DNA of 64,000 nt from Candidatus Omnitrophota bacterium (GTDB taxonomy: Bacteria; Omnitrophota; Gorgyraeia; B26-G9), in the NCBI GenBank assembly GCA_018817585.1, contig JAHITE010000048.1, positions 2,100 through 66,099 on the forward strand, read 5' to 3'. The translations under genes were made by a program, and so were the position numbers. Each line of letters opens with the position of its first letter. Positions within the stretch are counted from its first letter, which is position 1. Of this stretch, positions 27,052 to 37,247 are shown piece by piece. The notes under the pieces were generated by a model, which saw only the letters and a list, made by a program, of their open reading frames with translations, searched no databases and had not been told where the DNA came from.

Positions 27052-27483
27052 ATGAAATACTCAAGAAGCTGTATGATTATTGCGCTTTTATTTGGTTTAT
27101 TGGTTTCAATGGTTTGTTCTTCAAATGTTCAAGCTGCTCCCAGGAATAGGACAAGCCAGGAAATGAAGGATGTCGCGGACCCGATCATGGATAATATCTT
27201 AGATGGAGTTAAGCTGGAAAATTATATGGATTATTCAAAGGATTTTGATAAAGCATTAAAAGTGCTGGGTTCAAGAACAAAATTTTTTCAGGTTTCCCGT
27301 TATCTTAAGCAAACAATGGGTAATTATATGTCTCGGGAATATATGGGTAGTTTAAATAAAGATAATCTTGTGGTTGTGCTTTGGAAAGCAACTTTTGATA
27401 AATCGCAGGATGATGTTTTGATAAAACTTTTTCTTACTAAACAGAACAGTAGATATGTAGTAACAGGCCTTAGATTTCAATAA
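27052..27483 (+). CDS. Exported DUF3887-like protein
   Basis: Paralog of 12807 (ADPI.DNIL.G, KDFD, REY.G, WK.TFDK). Confidence 0.7.
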   Translation: MKYSRSCMIIALLFGLLVSMVCSSNVQAAPRNRTSQEMKDVADPIMDNILDGVKLENYMDYSKDFDKALKVLGSRTKFFQVSRYLKQTMGNYMSREYMGSLNKDNLVVVLWKATFDKSQDDVLIKLFLTKQNSRYVVTGLRFQ

Positions 27484-27767
27484 AACAAGCAATAACAATT
27501 TAAATCAGCTAGTAGGTATTCAGCAAAAAATACAATAATCGCAATTTTTCCCAGACTTTGCGCGCTTAAAACCACCGCTAATCCGAGTATAATAATCGCC
27601 AGCATGCATGATTTAAGGTTATGAATGACAGGGGTTAAAGCTCCGGATAGTCTGATGAAAAACGAAATTAAAAAAATAGAGACATAGACTATAGATTATA
27701 TTATACTATGGGCACAGTTTTAAAAGCTTGATTTATTATGAAATTCACTTGATTAGAAGGAAGAATC

Positions 27768-29024
27768 ATGATTGCAACCGTTAAAAGAAACAGTCAAATT
27801 ATCTCTTGGGCAATGTATGATACGGCAAATCAGTTTTTTGTCTTAAACATTGTGTCTTTGTATTTTGTCCGCTGGCTGATTCTGGAAAAACATACCCCAG
27901 AGATTTTTTATGGCATTGCTTTTGGCATATCTACTTTTTTCATTGCTTTGCTAGCCCCGATTTTTGGTACAGTTGCTGATGTGCGCGGCAAGCATCGGCC
28001 TTTTCTTATTTTCTTTACTTTATTGTGTATATTTTTCACCATACTCCTGGGATTTACCAATGATGTTTTTTTTGCCTTGGTATTTTTCGGTATTGCTAAT
28101 ATCGGTTGTCAGGTAGCAACAATTTTTTATAATGCTTTAATGTTAAACATAAGTTCCCCGGGTAAGGTGGGGCTGGTCTCGGGTTTGGGAAAAATGTTTG
28201 GTTATTTTGGCGCGGTAATCGCATTGCTCTGCACTAAGCCGATCGTGCTTACTCATGGTTATCAGGCTTCTTTTTTATGGACTGGAATTTTATTTTTATT
28301 GTTTTCTCTGCCGTGTATGTTGTTTGTAAAGGACAGGGTTATTCCTTTAGCGCAGCAAAAAAAAATTTGCGTTAATCAACCGCAAGTTATTGAGATTTTT
28401 AAGCGGATGTATATAACTCTTTTTAAAAAAGATGAGTATGCTGCTTTGCGCGAATTTTTAAAAGCTGCTTTTTTTGGTTTGTGCGTGGTTAATGTAACAA
28501 TGCTATTTATGTCAATTTATGTGACCAAAGTATTTGGCTTAAATGACGCTGAAGTATTTAAGTTTGTAATTCTCGGTACTGTATTTGCTGTTATCGGCAG
28601 TATTTCTTCAGGGTTGATTAGTGATCGTATTGGCTGCAAACGAGCAATGATCTGGGTATTTTCTTTGTGGACTATTTGCTTGTTTGTGGCGGCTTTAGTC
28701 GTTCCTCCATATCATTGGATTATTGTTTTTCTCGCCGGGATAAGCTTAGGCTCTACCTGGGTTGTTTCGCGGGCATTTGTGGTTAATATTGTGCCCGAGG
28801 GAGCCGCGGGTGAAGCATTTGGCATGTTTAATTTTATCTGTTATTTGGCCGGCATAGTCGGCCCGATTATTTGGGGGGTGCTGCTGCTTGTCTTTAGCCG
28901 GTTTGAAGCATTGGGCTATCGGATAGCATTATTGTGTTTTGTGCCGCTATTAATCGCCGGATTTGTGTTCCTTTTAAGGATTCCGGAGCCAATCGAAACT
29001 AATAAGCAAATTATAGGAGAGTGA
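27768..29024 (+). CDS. MFS transporter (UMF1/Atg22-like)
   Basis: SWAMYDTAN, FYNALM, VSGLG..FGY.G; about 12 TM segments. Confidence 0.88.
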   Translation: MIATVKRNSQIISWAMYDTANQFFVLNIVSLYFVRWLILEKHTPEIFYGIAFGISTFFIALLAPIFGTVADVRGKHRPFLIFFTLLCIFFTILLGFTNDVFFALVFFGIANIGCQVATIFYNALMLNISSPGKVGLVSGLGKMFGYFGAVIALLCTKPIVLTHGYQASFLWTGILFLLFSLPCMLFVKDRVIPLAQQKKICVNQPQVIEIFKRMYITLFKKDEYAALREFLKAAFFGLCVVNVTMLFMSIYVTKVFGLNDAEVFKFVILGTVFAVIGSISSGLISDRIGCKRAMIWVFSLWTICLFVAALVVPPYHWIIVFLAGISLGSTWVVSRAFVVNIVPEGAAGEAFGMFNFICYLAGIVGPIIWGVLLLVFSRFEALGYRIALLCFVPLLIAGFVFLLRIPEPIETNKQIIGE

Positions 29025-29029
29025 TAATT

Positions 29030-29524
29030 ATGGCTGTTAAAAAAATTCTATCATTTTCTCAATCAGAACATATTTTAAAAGCAAAATCAATTGCGGTGCA
29101 GGCCGATGATCCGCAGTTATCGGAAATAGTTCGGGATTTAAAGGATACTTTACTGGCTACTCCTAATGGTGTAGGGCTGGCTGCTCCGCAAATCGGATAT
29201 TTAAAAAGAGTATTTGTTTTGCGCAAAGATTATCTCGCTGATGATTTTGAGCCTGATTCAATGCTGGCTAAAAGCGAAGATCCGGTTTTAGTGTTTATCA
29301 ATCCTCAAATTATTTCTGAAAAGGGGCATTTGCATGAAGAGGAGGGCTGTCTGAGTGTTCCCTGCGCTTATGTGAAAATTAAACGTGCTCAGATTGTTAA
29401 AATTAGCGCTTTAAATGAAAATAAGCAACAATTTCAGGCTTGTTTAAAAGATTTGGCAAGTAGGGCGGTGCAGCAGGAAATCGATCATTTGAACGGAGTT
29501 TTAATCTTAGATCATATTGAATAA
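29030..29524 (+). CDS. def: Peptide deformylase with variant metal motif
   Basis: GVGLAAPQIG and EGCLS present; QQEIDH instead of QHExDH. Alternative GTG start at 29021. Confidence 0.88.
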   Translation: MAVKKILSFSQSEHILKAKSIAVQADDPQLSEIVRDLKDTLLATPNGVGLAAPQIGYLKRVFVLRKDYLADDFEPDSMLAKSEDPVLVFINPQIISEKGHLHEEEGCLSVPCAYVKIKRAQIVKISALNENKQQFQACLKDLASRAVQQEIDHLNGVLILDHIE

Positions 29525-29634
29525 ATTTTAAGTATTTAATGCTTGAACAAAAATGCTTAATATTATATAGTAAAAAGATATGTAGGACTTATTAAGGATA
29601 ATATTTAAACAATTTCAAGAAGATAGGTAAGGCA

Positions 29635-30312
29635 ATGAAAGAGCAAAGAGGTTATGTGCGTTTAGATGTTGACGCGCATGCAAGGTATTTAATCAAAGGG
29701 AATAATGATGCTCCAGATATGGTTAGTTTAGAAGATGTTGGCTGTAAGGGTATAAGAATAATCAGCAATAAAAAGTTAACAGAAAAAGATGTTTTGGATT
29801 TGGCGCTGACTATTCCCGGGGTTGAAGGTGATATTATTCTTGAAGGCAAGGTGGTTTGGCAAAGACAGGTAACCATGGATTTGCTTGATACTGGGATACA
29901 GTTTACCTATATTGATGACGCGAACAGAGAGAAACTTTTTTGCTTTATTGAAGAGTCAACCGGCAGGACAGTTGAACGCAGAGAATATGTTAGATGCGAT
30001 TTTAACGCTGAAATAAAATATAATTTGCTTGATCACCCTGAAGTAAAAAAGCAGTGTACTAGTGTGGATGTCTGTGCTCTGGGCTTAAAGGTTATGGCCA
30101 GTGAACATCTGGAGAAGGGAACTCTGTTGCGCGTGGAGTTTTCTTTACCTGGCCGAGCAGAAAAAATTATAGCTAAGTGTACAGTGGTTGCTTGGGTCAA
30201 AAAAAATGAACAAAGTCTATTTGAAACCGGTATTGAATTTCTGGAAATAAGCGATGCGGCTAAACAGGAAATCGAAAAATATGTTGAAGCTAAGTATAAA
30301 GATAATAAATAA
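29635..30312 (+). CDS. Tandem PilZ domain protein
   Basis: RGYVR/DVGCKG and RREYVR/DVCALG; GKVVW; GI.F. Confidence 0.85.
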   Translation: MKEQRGYVRLDVDAHARYLIKGNNDAPDMVSLEDVGCKGIRIISNKKLTEKDVLDLALTIPGVEGDIILEGKVVWQRQVTMDLLDTGIQFTYIDDANREKLFCFIEESTGRTVERREYVRCDFNAEIKYNLLDHPEVKKQCTSVDVCALGLKVMASEHLEKGTLLRVEFSLPGRAEKIIAKCTVVAWVKKNEQSLFETGIEFLEISDAAKQEIEKYVEAKYKDNK

Positions 30313-30548
30313 AACAAAGAATAGATACGCGCAGTTTTACGAGTTTGATCGGTAAGAAATTGTTGTATCAATCCAAAATTAAGCTTATTGAAATATTATT
30401 TAGCGTGGCTTGTGTGGACAGGGAATTGGATATTAAAGAATTGGAAGCTATTCGCAAGATCGCTAATTTGTTTAATGTTAGTCATAAAGATTTTATTGAT
30501 GCTAAAATTAAAGTTAAGCAGGCTTTTGAGCTGAAAACTGTTGAGTGA
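30312..30548 (+). pseudogene. TerB-family C-terminal fragment
   Basis: RIDTRSFT...KIKLIEILFSVACVD.ELD.KE...IRKIA.L; no good start, N-terminus missing. Confidence 0.6.
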
Positions 30549-30556
30549 TCTAATCT

Positions 30557-30823
30557 ATGTTGAGAAAAATCGCTTTAATTGCTTCAATTATATTACCTTT
30601 GTGGAATATCCCATTGATATACAGAATGATTAAACGAGGATCTTCAAAAGACATAAGTCTTTATTGGGTTTTTGGGGTATGGATTTGTTTTTTATTAATG
30701 TTTCCCGCTGCTATGTCTTCCCCGGATATGGTTTGGAAAACATTTAATATTACGAATATGGTATTATTCAGCGCGGTGGTAATAACCGCTGTTATTTTAA
30801 GAATGCCGAGGAACAAGAAATAA
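30557..30823 (+). CDS. PQ-loop/SemiSWEET-like 3-TM protein
   Basis: NIPLIYRMIKRGSSKDISL, three hydrophobic segments, N in TM3. Confidence 0.7.
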   Translation: MLRKIALIASIILPLWNIPLIYRMIKRGSSKDISLYWVFGVWICFLLMFPAAMSSPDMVWKTFNITNMVLFSAVVITAVILRMPRNKK

Positions 30824-30825
30824 GG

Positions 30826-31347
30826 ATGTTGGATATGGATTTTAGCCAAGCAATTTGCAATCGGACTAGCATCAGAAAATATAAATCAGCAGAGATTAGC
30901 CGTGTGATCTTGGAGCAGCTAGTTAATGCTGGCCGTAGAGCGCCCAGCGCTAGGGCGGTTGAACCGTGGGAATTTGTTGTGGTTCAAAGCCCGCAAACCC
31001 TGCGCGAATTATCTGAAATAGCGGCAAATGGTAGTTTTATTCAATATGCTCAAGCAGCAATTATTGTGTTTTGCCGAAAGACAAAATATTATTTGGAAGA
31101 TGGGTGCGCGGCAACAGAAAATATTCTTTTAGCTGCCGCGGCTCAGGGCATCGGGGCTTGCTGGATAGCTGGTGATAAAAAAGAATATGCCAGCCAGGTG
31201 TCTGAGATGTTCAGAGCAAGTGGTTTGCAGTTGGTGAGCATTATTTCTTTAGGTATTCCGGATGAAATAAAGGCGCAATCAAAGAAACGTTCTTTGGATA
31301 ATGTGATTCATTGGGAGTTTTTTAAAAAAAAGGAGAGTAGCGAGTGA
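30826..31347 (+). CDS. Nitroreductase family protein
   Basis: RTSIRKY, APSA...PWEFVVV, ENILLAA...GIGACW. Confidence 0.9.
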   Translation: MLDMDFSQAICNRTSIRKYKSAEISRVILEQLVNAGRRAPSARAVEPWEFVVVQSPQTLRELSEIAANGSFIQYAQAAIIVFCRKTKYYLEDGCAATENILLAAAAQGIGACWIAGDKKEYASQVSEMFRASGLQLVSIISLGIPDEIKAQSKKRSLDNVIHWEFFKKKESSE

Positions 31348-31517
31348 ACTGCAGTATTTGGGTTAAGCTGTTGATTGTTATCTGGACATTTGTGGGTTTA
31401 GGCCTTTCCTGCTATTTAATTGGCTTTCCGATTTTTATGAAAAAGAATATTTCAGTTATTGTGAAATTGCTTGAGCGTATTGCTGATGGACAGGACCGCA
31501 TAAATAACAAGGAGTAA
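31344..31517 (+). CDS. Small single-TM protein, 57 aa (not in the ORF track)
   Basis: GTG start overlaps the upstream stop (GTGA); RBS AAGGAG; MNCSIWVKLLIVIWTFVGLGLSCYLIGFPIFMKK...; stops 2 nt before the next ATG. Confidence 0.65.
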   Translation: MNCSIWVKLLIVIWTFVGLGLSCYLIGFPIFMKKNISVIVKLLERIADGQDRINNKE

Positions 31518-31519
31518 TT

Positions 31520-32203
31520 ATGAAAGAGAGAAGAAAATTTGTTAGGGTTAAAGGTTTATCAGAAGTAAGTTTCAAGGTTAAGGATGGGATTGAAGGAAAA
31601 CGCAAGATCGCGGTGAAGGATCTAAGTTTTATCGGCATAAATGTATATACTGATGTTGTGTTAAAAAATGGAGTTATTGTAGAGCTTGAGCTGGATATTC
31701 CCGATGGTTGCAGGCCGCTCCCTATTGAAGGCACCATACTTTGGCAGTTACCAGGGCGGAATAATCGTTTTGCCACGGGGGTAAGGTTTAATCATACTAA
31801 TGATTCAGATAATAAGCGTTTGTCAAAGTTTATATATGATTGTGCCAGCCGGGTGGATGAAACACGCGAGTTTATTCGCTGTAATGTGAAGACAGCTATT
31901 ATTGGAAGTTATTTGGCTAATTCTCAAAAAAAAATTAATGGCTCAAGCATTGATATCAGTCGTGCCGGGATGAAACTTATTCTCGAGCAGGAGGTTGCTT
32001 CTGAGGATAGCTTGGTACTAAACTTTAAGCTGCCAGGTGTTCATCAGCAGATAGAACTTGAAGCAAAAGTTGTTTGGGCTAATAAATGCGAAAATAAAGA
32101 TAATTTTGAGGCAGGATTATTATTTACAAAATTAAATGAAACTTCGAAGTCTGGTATTTGGGCGTTTATTGAAGATTATTGCCGATTAAAGAGAGATGAA
32201 TAA
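31520..32203 (+). CDS. Tandem PilZ domain protein
   Basis: RRKFVR/DLSFIG and REFIR/DISRAG. Confidence 0.87.
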   Translation: MKERRKFVRVKGLSEVSFKVKDGIEGKRKIAVKDLSFIGINVYTDVVLKNGVIVELELDIPDGCRPLPIEGTILWQLPGRNNRFATGVRFNHTNDSDNKRLSKFIYDCASRVDETREFIRCNVKTAIIGSYLANSQKKINGSSIDISRAGMKLILEQEVASEDSLVLNFKLPGVHQQIELEAKVVWANKCENKDNFEAGLLFTKLNETSKSGIWAFIEDYCRLKRDE

Positions 32204-32216
32204 AAAAGGGGGCGGG

Positions 32217-32765
32217 ATGAAAAAAAAGATTATTTTAGGAATTATAATTGGCTTGTTTATGGCCACAAATGTGATGGCTCAAGAGAAAGCGGAGGCTAAG
32301 AACATGGTTGTATTTGAAACAACACAGGGGATTATTGAAATTAAATTAAAAGACGATATCGCGCCTAAAACCTGCGAGAATTTTCGCGGTTTAGTTGAAA
32401 AAGGATATTATGATGGAATTGTATTTCACAGAGTTATCAAGGATTTTATGATCCAGGGCGGAGATCCTACGGGAACTGGCCGCGGCGGTGAGTCAATCTG
32501 GGGAAAACCTTTTGCTGATGAAGTGGCCAAGGATGTGGCCTTTGATAAAAAGGGAATATTAGCAATGGCAAATGCTGGCCCAAATACCAATGGCAGTCAG
32601 TTCTTTATTACTACAAAACCAACTCCCTGGCTTAATATGAAACATACTATTTTTGGTGAAGTAGTCACTGGTTATGATAGTGTGCAGAAAATCGAAAATA
32701 TTAAAGTTGGGCCAATGGATAAGCCGGTACAGGACCAGAAAATAATCAAAGCATATTTAAAGTAA
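32217..32765 (+). CDS. Exported cyclophilin-type peptidyl-prolyl isomerase
   Basis: Signal peptide; [36 protein letters not shown]. Confidence 0.95.
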   Translation: MKKKIILGIIIGLFMATNVMAQEKAEAKNMVVFETTQGIIEIKLKDDIAPKTCENFRGLVEKGYYDGIVFHRVIKDFMIQGGDPTGTGRGGESIWGKPFADEVAKDVAFDKKGILAMANAGPNTNGSQFFITTKPTPWLNMKHTIFGEVVTGYDSVQKIENIKVGPMDKPVQDQKIIKAYLK

Positions 32766-32810
32766 AAATATGATCATAGGCATCCAGTTTTTATTTTAAA
32801 ATGTGAGAAT

Positions 32811-33461
32811 ATGCTGAAAAATAAAGTTAAAAAACTATTCATTTTTGATTTAGACGGAACATTGGTTGATGCTTATCAGGCAATTAGCGCGAGTCTTAAT
32901 TTTTGTCGGAAAAAGTTTGGATATGAGCAGATAGCGTTTGATGTAATAAAAAGCAATATCGGCCATGGAGATAAAAATTTTGTTGCGCGATTTTTCCCGA
33001 GAAATGAGGTTGAAAAAGCTTTATCTTTGTATCGGGCGCATCATAAGGGTTCTTTAAAAACCCATGCTAAATTAAAGCCTTATGCTAAAATGATGCTTTA
33101 TAATTTAAAGCGTAGAAAAAAATTACTGGCTATTGCTTCAAATCGTCCGGCTGCTTATACTGATATAGTGGTTAAATCTTTGGGGATAAAAAAATACTTT
33201 GATTTTATTCTTTGCGCTGATGAAATTAATAGCTTAAAACCAAAGCCGAAAATTTTATTTGAAGTATTAAGGAAATTAGATGTTCAAATTCTGGATGCGG
33301 TTTATGCTGGGGATATGGCTGTGGATATGGATACTGCTCAGCGCGCTAAAATGGATGCGGTGTTTGTTGTCGGCGGATCGAGTACAGCGCGGGAAGTAAG
33401 CCAATTTAAAAATAAAATAATTGTAAAAGTTTTAAAAGATATTTGCAGCAAATTCCAATAA
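32811..33461 (+). CDS. HAD hydrolase, phosphoglycolate phosphatase-like
   Basis: FDLDGTLVD, SN, KP.P, GD...D. Confidence 0.88.
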   Translation: MLKNKVKKLFIFDLDGTLVDAYQAISASLNFCRKKFGYEQIAFDVIKSNIGHGDKNFVARFFPRNEVEKALSLYRAHHKGSLKTHAKLKPYAKMMLYNLKRRKKLLAIASNRPAAYTDIVVKSLGIKKYFDFILCADEINSLKPKPKILFEVLRKLDVQILDAVYAGDMAVDMDTAQRAKMDAVFVVGGSSTAREVSQFKNKIIVKVLKDICSKFQ

Positions 33462-33502
33462 ACTTTTTTAATTATTAAGCCTTGCTTGGAAAAATTTAAA
33501 AT

Positions 33503-33529
33503 GATCCTTTGTCTAAGGGTCTTTTTTTT
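33503..33529 (+). terminator. Intrinsic terminator
   Basis: GATCCTT-TGTCT-AAGGGTC + T8. Confidence 0.65.
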
Positions 33530-33613
33530 ATTTGATTTCTGGTTTTTATGGTATTCTATTGGTATAAAAGAATTTTATGGTTATTGGTTAAAATGAAAAG
33601 GCTGAGCAATAAT

Positions 33614-34369
33614 ATGAAAATAGCGCGGTTTATGTACAAACAGCAGGAGTTATGGGGAGTCTTAGTTGATAAATCAATCAGAGTATTAAAAACCGCTCCT
33701 TTTGCGGGCATTGAGTTTAGCCAGCAAGTTATTGATTTTAAACAGGTAAAATTGCTGGCTCCGACTGTCCCCCAGAAAATCGTCTTAGTTGGCTTAAATT
33801 ACAAAAATCATGCTAAAGAACTGGGGATGAAAATACCGAAACAGCCGATTATTTTTTTAAAGCCGGTAACAGCTTTGACTGGGCATCTGGATAATATCAA
33901 ATATCCGCTTGGGGTAAAGCAGCTTGATTACGAAGCAGAGTTGGCTTTAGTTATTGGTAAAAAAGCGCATAATATCCCGGAGTCAAAAGCTTTAACATAT
34001 GTTTTGGGCTATACTTGTTTAAATGATATTACTGCCCGGGATATTCAGAAAAAAGACGGGCAATGGACAAGAGCCAAATCTTTTGATACTTTTTGCCCTG
34101 TAGGTCCTTGGCTTGAAACAAGGATTAAAACAGATGATTTAATGATCAGCGCGTATCTTAATGGTAAGTTAAAACAGCATTCTTCAACCTCCCACCTTAT
34201 TTTTTCCATACCTTATCTAATTAGTTTTATTTCCCAAATTATGACTCTTTTGCCTGGGGATATTATTTCAACCGGAACTCCTCCGGGTATAGGCAGAATG
34301 AAGCCGGGCGACAGGATCGAGGTGTCTGTAGAAGGTATTGGGACTTTGCAGAACCAGGTTACGCGATAA
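33614..34369 (+). CDS. Fumarylacetoacetate hydrolase family protein
   Basis: GLNY..HA.E, DYEAEL, NDITARD, AKSFDTF, TGTPPG. Confidence 0.92.
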   Translation: MKIARFMYKQQELWGVLVDKSIRVLKTAPFAGIEFSQQVIDFKQVKLLAPTVPQKIVLVGLNYKNHAKELGMKIPKQPIIFLKPVTALTGHLDNIKYPLGVKQLDYEAELALVIGKKAHNIPESKALTYVLGYTCLNDITARDIQKKDGQWTRAKSFDTFCPVGPWLETRIKTDDLMISAYLNGKLKQHSSTSHLIFSIPYLISFISQIMTLLPGDIISTGTPPGIGRMKPGDRIEVSVEGIGTLQNQVTR

Positions 34370-34383
34370 GTTTCAAGGATTAA

Positions 34384-34412
34384 TTGACAGTATTGACTGT
34401 AAATTGTATACT
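34384..34412 (+). promoter_or_regulatory. Sigma70 promoter
   Basis: TTGACA-17-TATACT. Confidence 0.65.
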
Positions 34413-34478
34413 GAAATAATCTCAAAAATATCCTAAGATTTAATATTTCTGTTTAAGCTAATCGAAAAAGGAGGAATA

Positions 34479-35285
34479 ATGCTTAAAAAAATTGTAATTG
34501 GTATTGTTGGGTTTTTACTGGTACTGGTTATTGTGTTTGTTGTCGGCAGGAATATGATTGTAAAAGCAGCGGTTACTACAGGGGTTAAAGTCGTAACCGG
34601 TCTTAATATGCAGGTTGAAAGCATGAATATCGGGCTGATGAACACATTGCTGGGGATCAATGGTTTGGTTTTATACAATCCTGCTGATTTTGAAGATAAG
34701 GTAATGATGGATTTGCCAGAGATTTATGTTGATTATGATTTAGGCGCTTTGCTGAAAAAGAAAGTGCGTTTAAGTGAAGTTAGGCTGAATTTAAAGGAGT
34801 TTATCATAGTAAAAAATAAAAAAGGGGTTTTAAATCTCGATTCTTTGACTGCTGTGCAAACCGCAAAAAAAACTGAGCCGGTAAAAAAAGATCAGCCAAA
34901 AGCAGCGCCAGCGGAGAAGCTGCAAATTCAAATTGATTTAATGAAGTTGAAAATCGGCAAGGTCATATACAAGGATTATTCTAAGGCCGGCGCACCTTCC
35001 ATCCAGGAATTTAATGTGAATATTGATGAACAGTATGAAAATATTACTGATCCAGAGGCGGTTGTCCGGATTATTGTGGTTAAGGCTTTGACTGATAAAA
35101 CGCTTTCTAGGTTAACTAATTTTAAACTAGGGTCTTTAACGGATAGTCTTCAGGGAACAGTAAAAGACGCGGGTAAACTGGTAGGAGATATTGCCGGAGA
35201 TGCTTTAAATGTCGGGGGAACAACCACTGATGCGGTAAAAAACACAACAAAAAAACTTAAGAGTTTATTACCATTTGGTAAATAA
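34479..35285 (+). CDS. AsmA N-terminal-like protein
   Basis: N-terminal TM; I.GL...NP..F; G.LNL. Confidence 0.65.
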   Translation: MLKKIVIGIVGFLLVLVIVFVVGRNMIVKAAVTTGVKVVTGLNMQVESMNIGLMNTLLGINGLVLYNPADFEDKVMMDLPEIYVDYDLGALLKKKVRLSEVRLNLKEFIIVKNKKGVLNLDSLTAVQTAKKTEPVKKDQPKAAPAEKLQIQIDLMKLKIGKVIYKDYSKAGAPSIQEFNVNIDEQYENITDPEAVVRIIVVKALTDKTLSRLTNFKLGSLTDSLQGTVKDAGKLVGDIAGDALNVGGTTTDAVKNTTKKLKSLLPFGK

Positions 35286-35320
35286 TCTGATTTTATTAAA
35301 CGGAATAAGGCATATTAAAA

Positions 35321-36046
35321 ATGAAGAAAACTATTTATTTAGGATTGTTTGGGATTATTTTTGTCAGTTTAGCTATGGATGCTCATGCCGAAGATATCTG
35401 GAAGCGGGAATTATCGCTTGGTTTTAGTAAGGCAACAGGAAATACTCAGAATTCGCTATTAACCGGAGCGGTGGAAGCGGATAAGAAAACTGAATCAGAT
35501 GAGGTTACTCTAAAAGCAAGCACTTTATATTCTTCCCAGAATAAAAAAATGGATGGGCAGAAACATAATGCCTCCGCGCGTTATGCTTTAAATTTTGTCG
35601 ATAATCCCTGGTATGCTTTTTACAAATTTTCCGTGGAGCATGATAAATTTTCTAATATTGATTACAGAATGCTGCCTATCGCGGGTATTGGTTATTGGTT
35701 TTCTGACACAGAAGATTGGAAGGCAATGGCAGAAGTTGGTTTTGGCTTAGAGCATATTAATTATACTGATAGCACCAAAGAAAGAACGGACGCGATTCTT
35801 GTACCGCGGGTTTTTTGTGAAAAAACAGTTTTTGAAAAAGCAAAGCTTTCTCAGGATATTACCGCGTATCCTAATCTGGAAGAAAGTGATGATTTTCGGA
35901 TTGTAGCAGAAACAAGATTTACCAATCCTTTAAGTGATAATATGTCTTTAAGATTTAGCTTTATTGATGAGTTTAATGCTAATCCAACTGGTGAGGCTAA
36001 GAAAAATGACACCAGAACGGTTTTATCGCTAATCTATTCTTTCTAA
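35321..36046 (+). CDS. DUF481 outer-membrane beta-barrel
   Basis: Signal peptide, ATGNT, DKFSNIDYR, C-terminal KKNDT...L.YSF. Confidence 0.82.
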   Translation: MKKTIYLGLFGIIFVSLAMDAHAEDIWKRELSLGFSKATGNTQNSLLTGAVEADKKTESDEVTLKASTLYSSQNKKMDGQKHNASARYALNFVDNPWYAFYKFSVEHDKFSNIDYRMLPIAGIGYWFSDTEDWKAMAEVGFGLEHINYTDSTKERTDAILVPRVFCEKTVFEKAKLSQDITAYPNLEESDDFRIVAETRFTNPLSDNMSLRFSFIDEFNANPTGEAKKNDTRTVLSLIYSF

Positions 36047-36072
36047 TAACTGGTTAAAGGTATTTAAGAAAA

Positions 36073-36894
36073 ATGGCACAGGAAAAACAGGATTTTAAAT
36101 ATATTTATGGGCCAGTTAGTTCTTGGCGATTGGGCCGATCACTGGGGGTTGATCCGATTGCCCAGAAGCATAAAGTGTGTTGTTTTGACTGTGTATATTG
36201 TCAGGTAGGCAGGGAAAAACCAGTTATTGCTAAAAGACGGGTTTTTATAGACGCTGATAATATAATTGCCGAGATAAAAACGCTGCCTGAAGTAATAATC
36301 GACTGCATTACTTTATCCGGCACCGGAGAGCCGACATTAGCGGCTAATCTCGGACGGCTTATTCGAGCAATAAAAAAAATAAGACCAGAACCCGTGGCTG
36401 TGATTACGAATTCCGTTCTTCTTGGGCAAAAAACAGTAAGAGATCAATTACTGGAAGCTGATATCATAATGGCGAAGCTTGATGCTAGTACGAATGATGT
36501 ACTTATAAGTGTGAATAATCCTTATAAAAATATCACTGCTTTGAAAATTATAACTGGTCTTAAAAAACTGCGTAAAGTATATAAAGGAACATTAGCTTTA
36601 CAAATAATGTTTGTAAAGGAAAACCAGCATATTGCTGAAGAAATAGCTTTATTAGCTAAAAAAATAAAAGCAGATAAGATATATATTAATACGCCTTTGC
36701 GGGCCTCTGAGTGTAAGCCTTTGTCAAAAGCGCAGATTTTACAAATCAAAAAGGTTTTTCTTTCCCATGGATTACAGGCGCAATCTGTTTATGATGTGAA
36801 AAAGGAAAATGTGCTGGCGATTAATACTGCGCAAACCCGCAGAGTGCGAAGATTGTATAATTCTAAGAAAAAACGTGTTTTTAAAAGGCGCTGA
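36073..36894 (+). CDS. Radical SAM protein
   Basis: YGPVSSWRLGRSLGVD, CCFDCVYCQ, SGTGEPTL. Confidence 0.88.
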   Translation: MAQEKQDFKYIYGPVSSWRLGRSLGVDPIAQKHKVCCFDCVYCQVGREKPVIAKRRVFIDADNIIAEIKTLPEVIIDCITLSGTGEPTLAANLGRLIRAIKKIRPEPVAVITNSVLLGQKTVRDQLLEADIIMAKLDASTNDVLISVNNPYKNITALKIITGLKKLRKVYKGTLALQIMFVKENQHIAEEIALLAKKIKADKIYINTPLRASECKPLSKAQILQIKKVFLSHGLQAQSVYDVKKENVLAINTAQTRRVRRLYNSKKKRVFKRR

Positions 36895-36912
36895 AAAAAA
36901 GGACAATAGGTT

Positions 36913-37149
36913 ATGCCGATATATGAATATGAATGCAGTGATTGTAAACAGACAAGTGAATTTCTGCTGGGAGTTTCTCAGTCTAAGGTTGAAATAAAAT
37001 GTGTTCATTGCGGCAGTAAAAAACTTCAGAAAAAAATATCCAGTGGTTTTATTTCGACTGGTTCTAAATCAAAGCAGGATTTTTGCGCTCAAAAAGGCCC
37101 GTGTCAGGCATCGCCTTCATGTATGTTTGGCAACGGTTGTCATTCATAA
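36913..37149 (+). CDS. FmdB-family zinc ribbon protein
   Basis: MPIYEYECSDC...CVHCGS. Confidence 0.88.
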   Translation: MPIYEYECSDCKQTSEFLLGVSQSKVEIKCVHCGSKKLQKKISSGFISTGSKSKQDFCAQKGPCQASPSCMFGNGCHS

Positions 37150-37178
37150 TCCCACCCGTTGCGAACAAAGAAACTCTC

Positions 37179-37235
37179 TTGACAAATTCCCAATCCTCAA
37201 GTATTATTAATATGTAATTTCATACTTTTCATACT
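37179..37235 (+). promoter_or_regulatory. Sigma70 promoter with downstream direct repeat
   Basis: TTGACA-17-TATTAT; TTTCATACT x2 at 37218-37235. Confidence 0.65.
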
Positions 37236-37247
37236 TATTTAAGCGTT

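Noticed and set aside
27500-27690. Possible minus-strand membrane-gene remnant (LAIIILGLAVV; LGKIAIIVFFAEYLL)
   Set aside because: Broken frames and no family I can assign with confidence.
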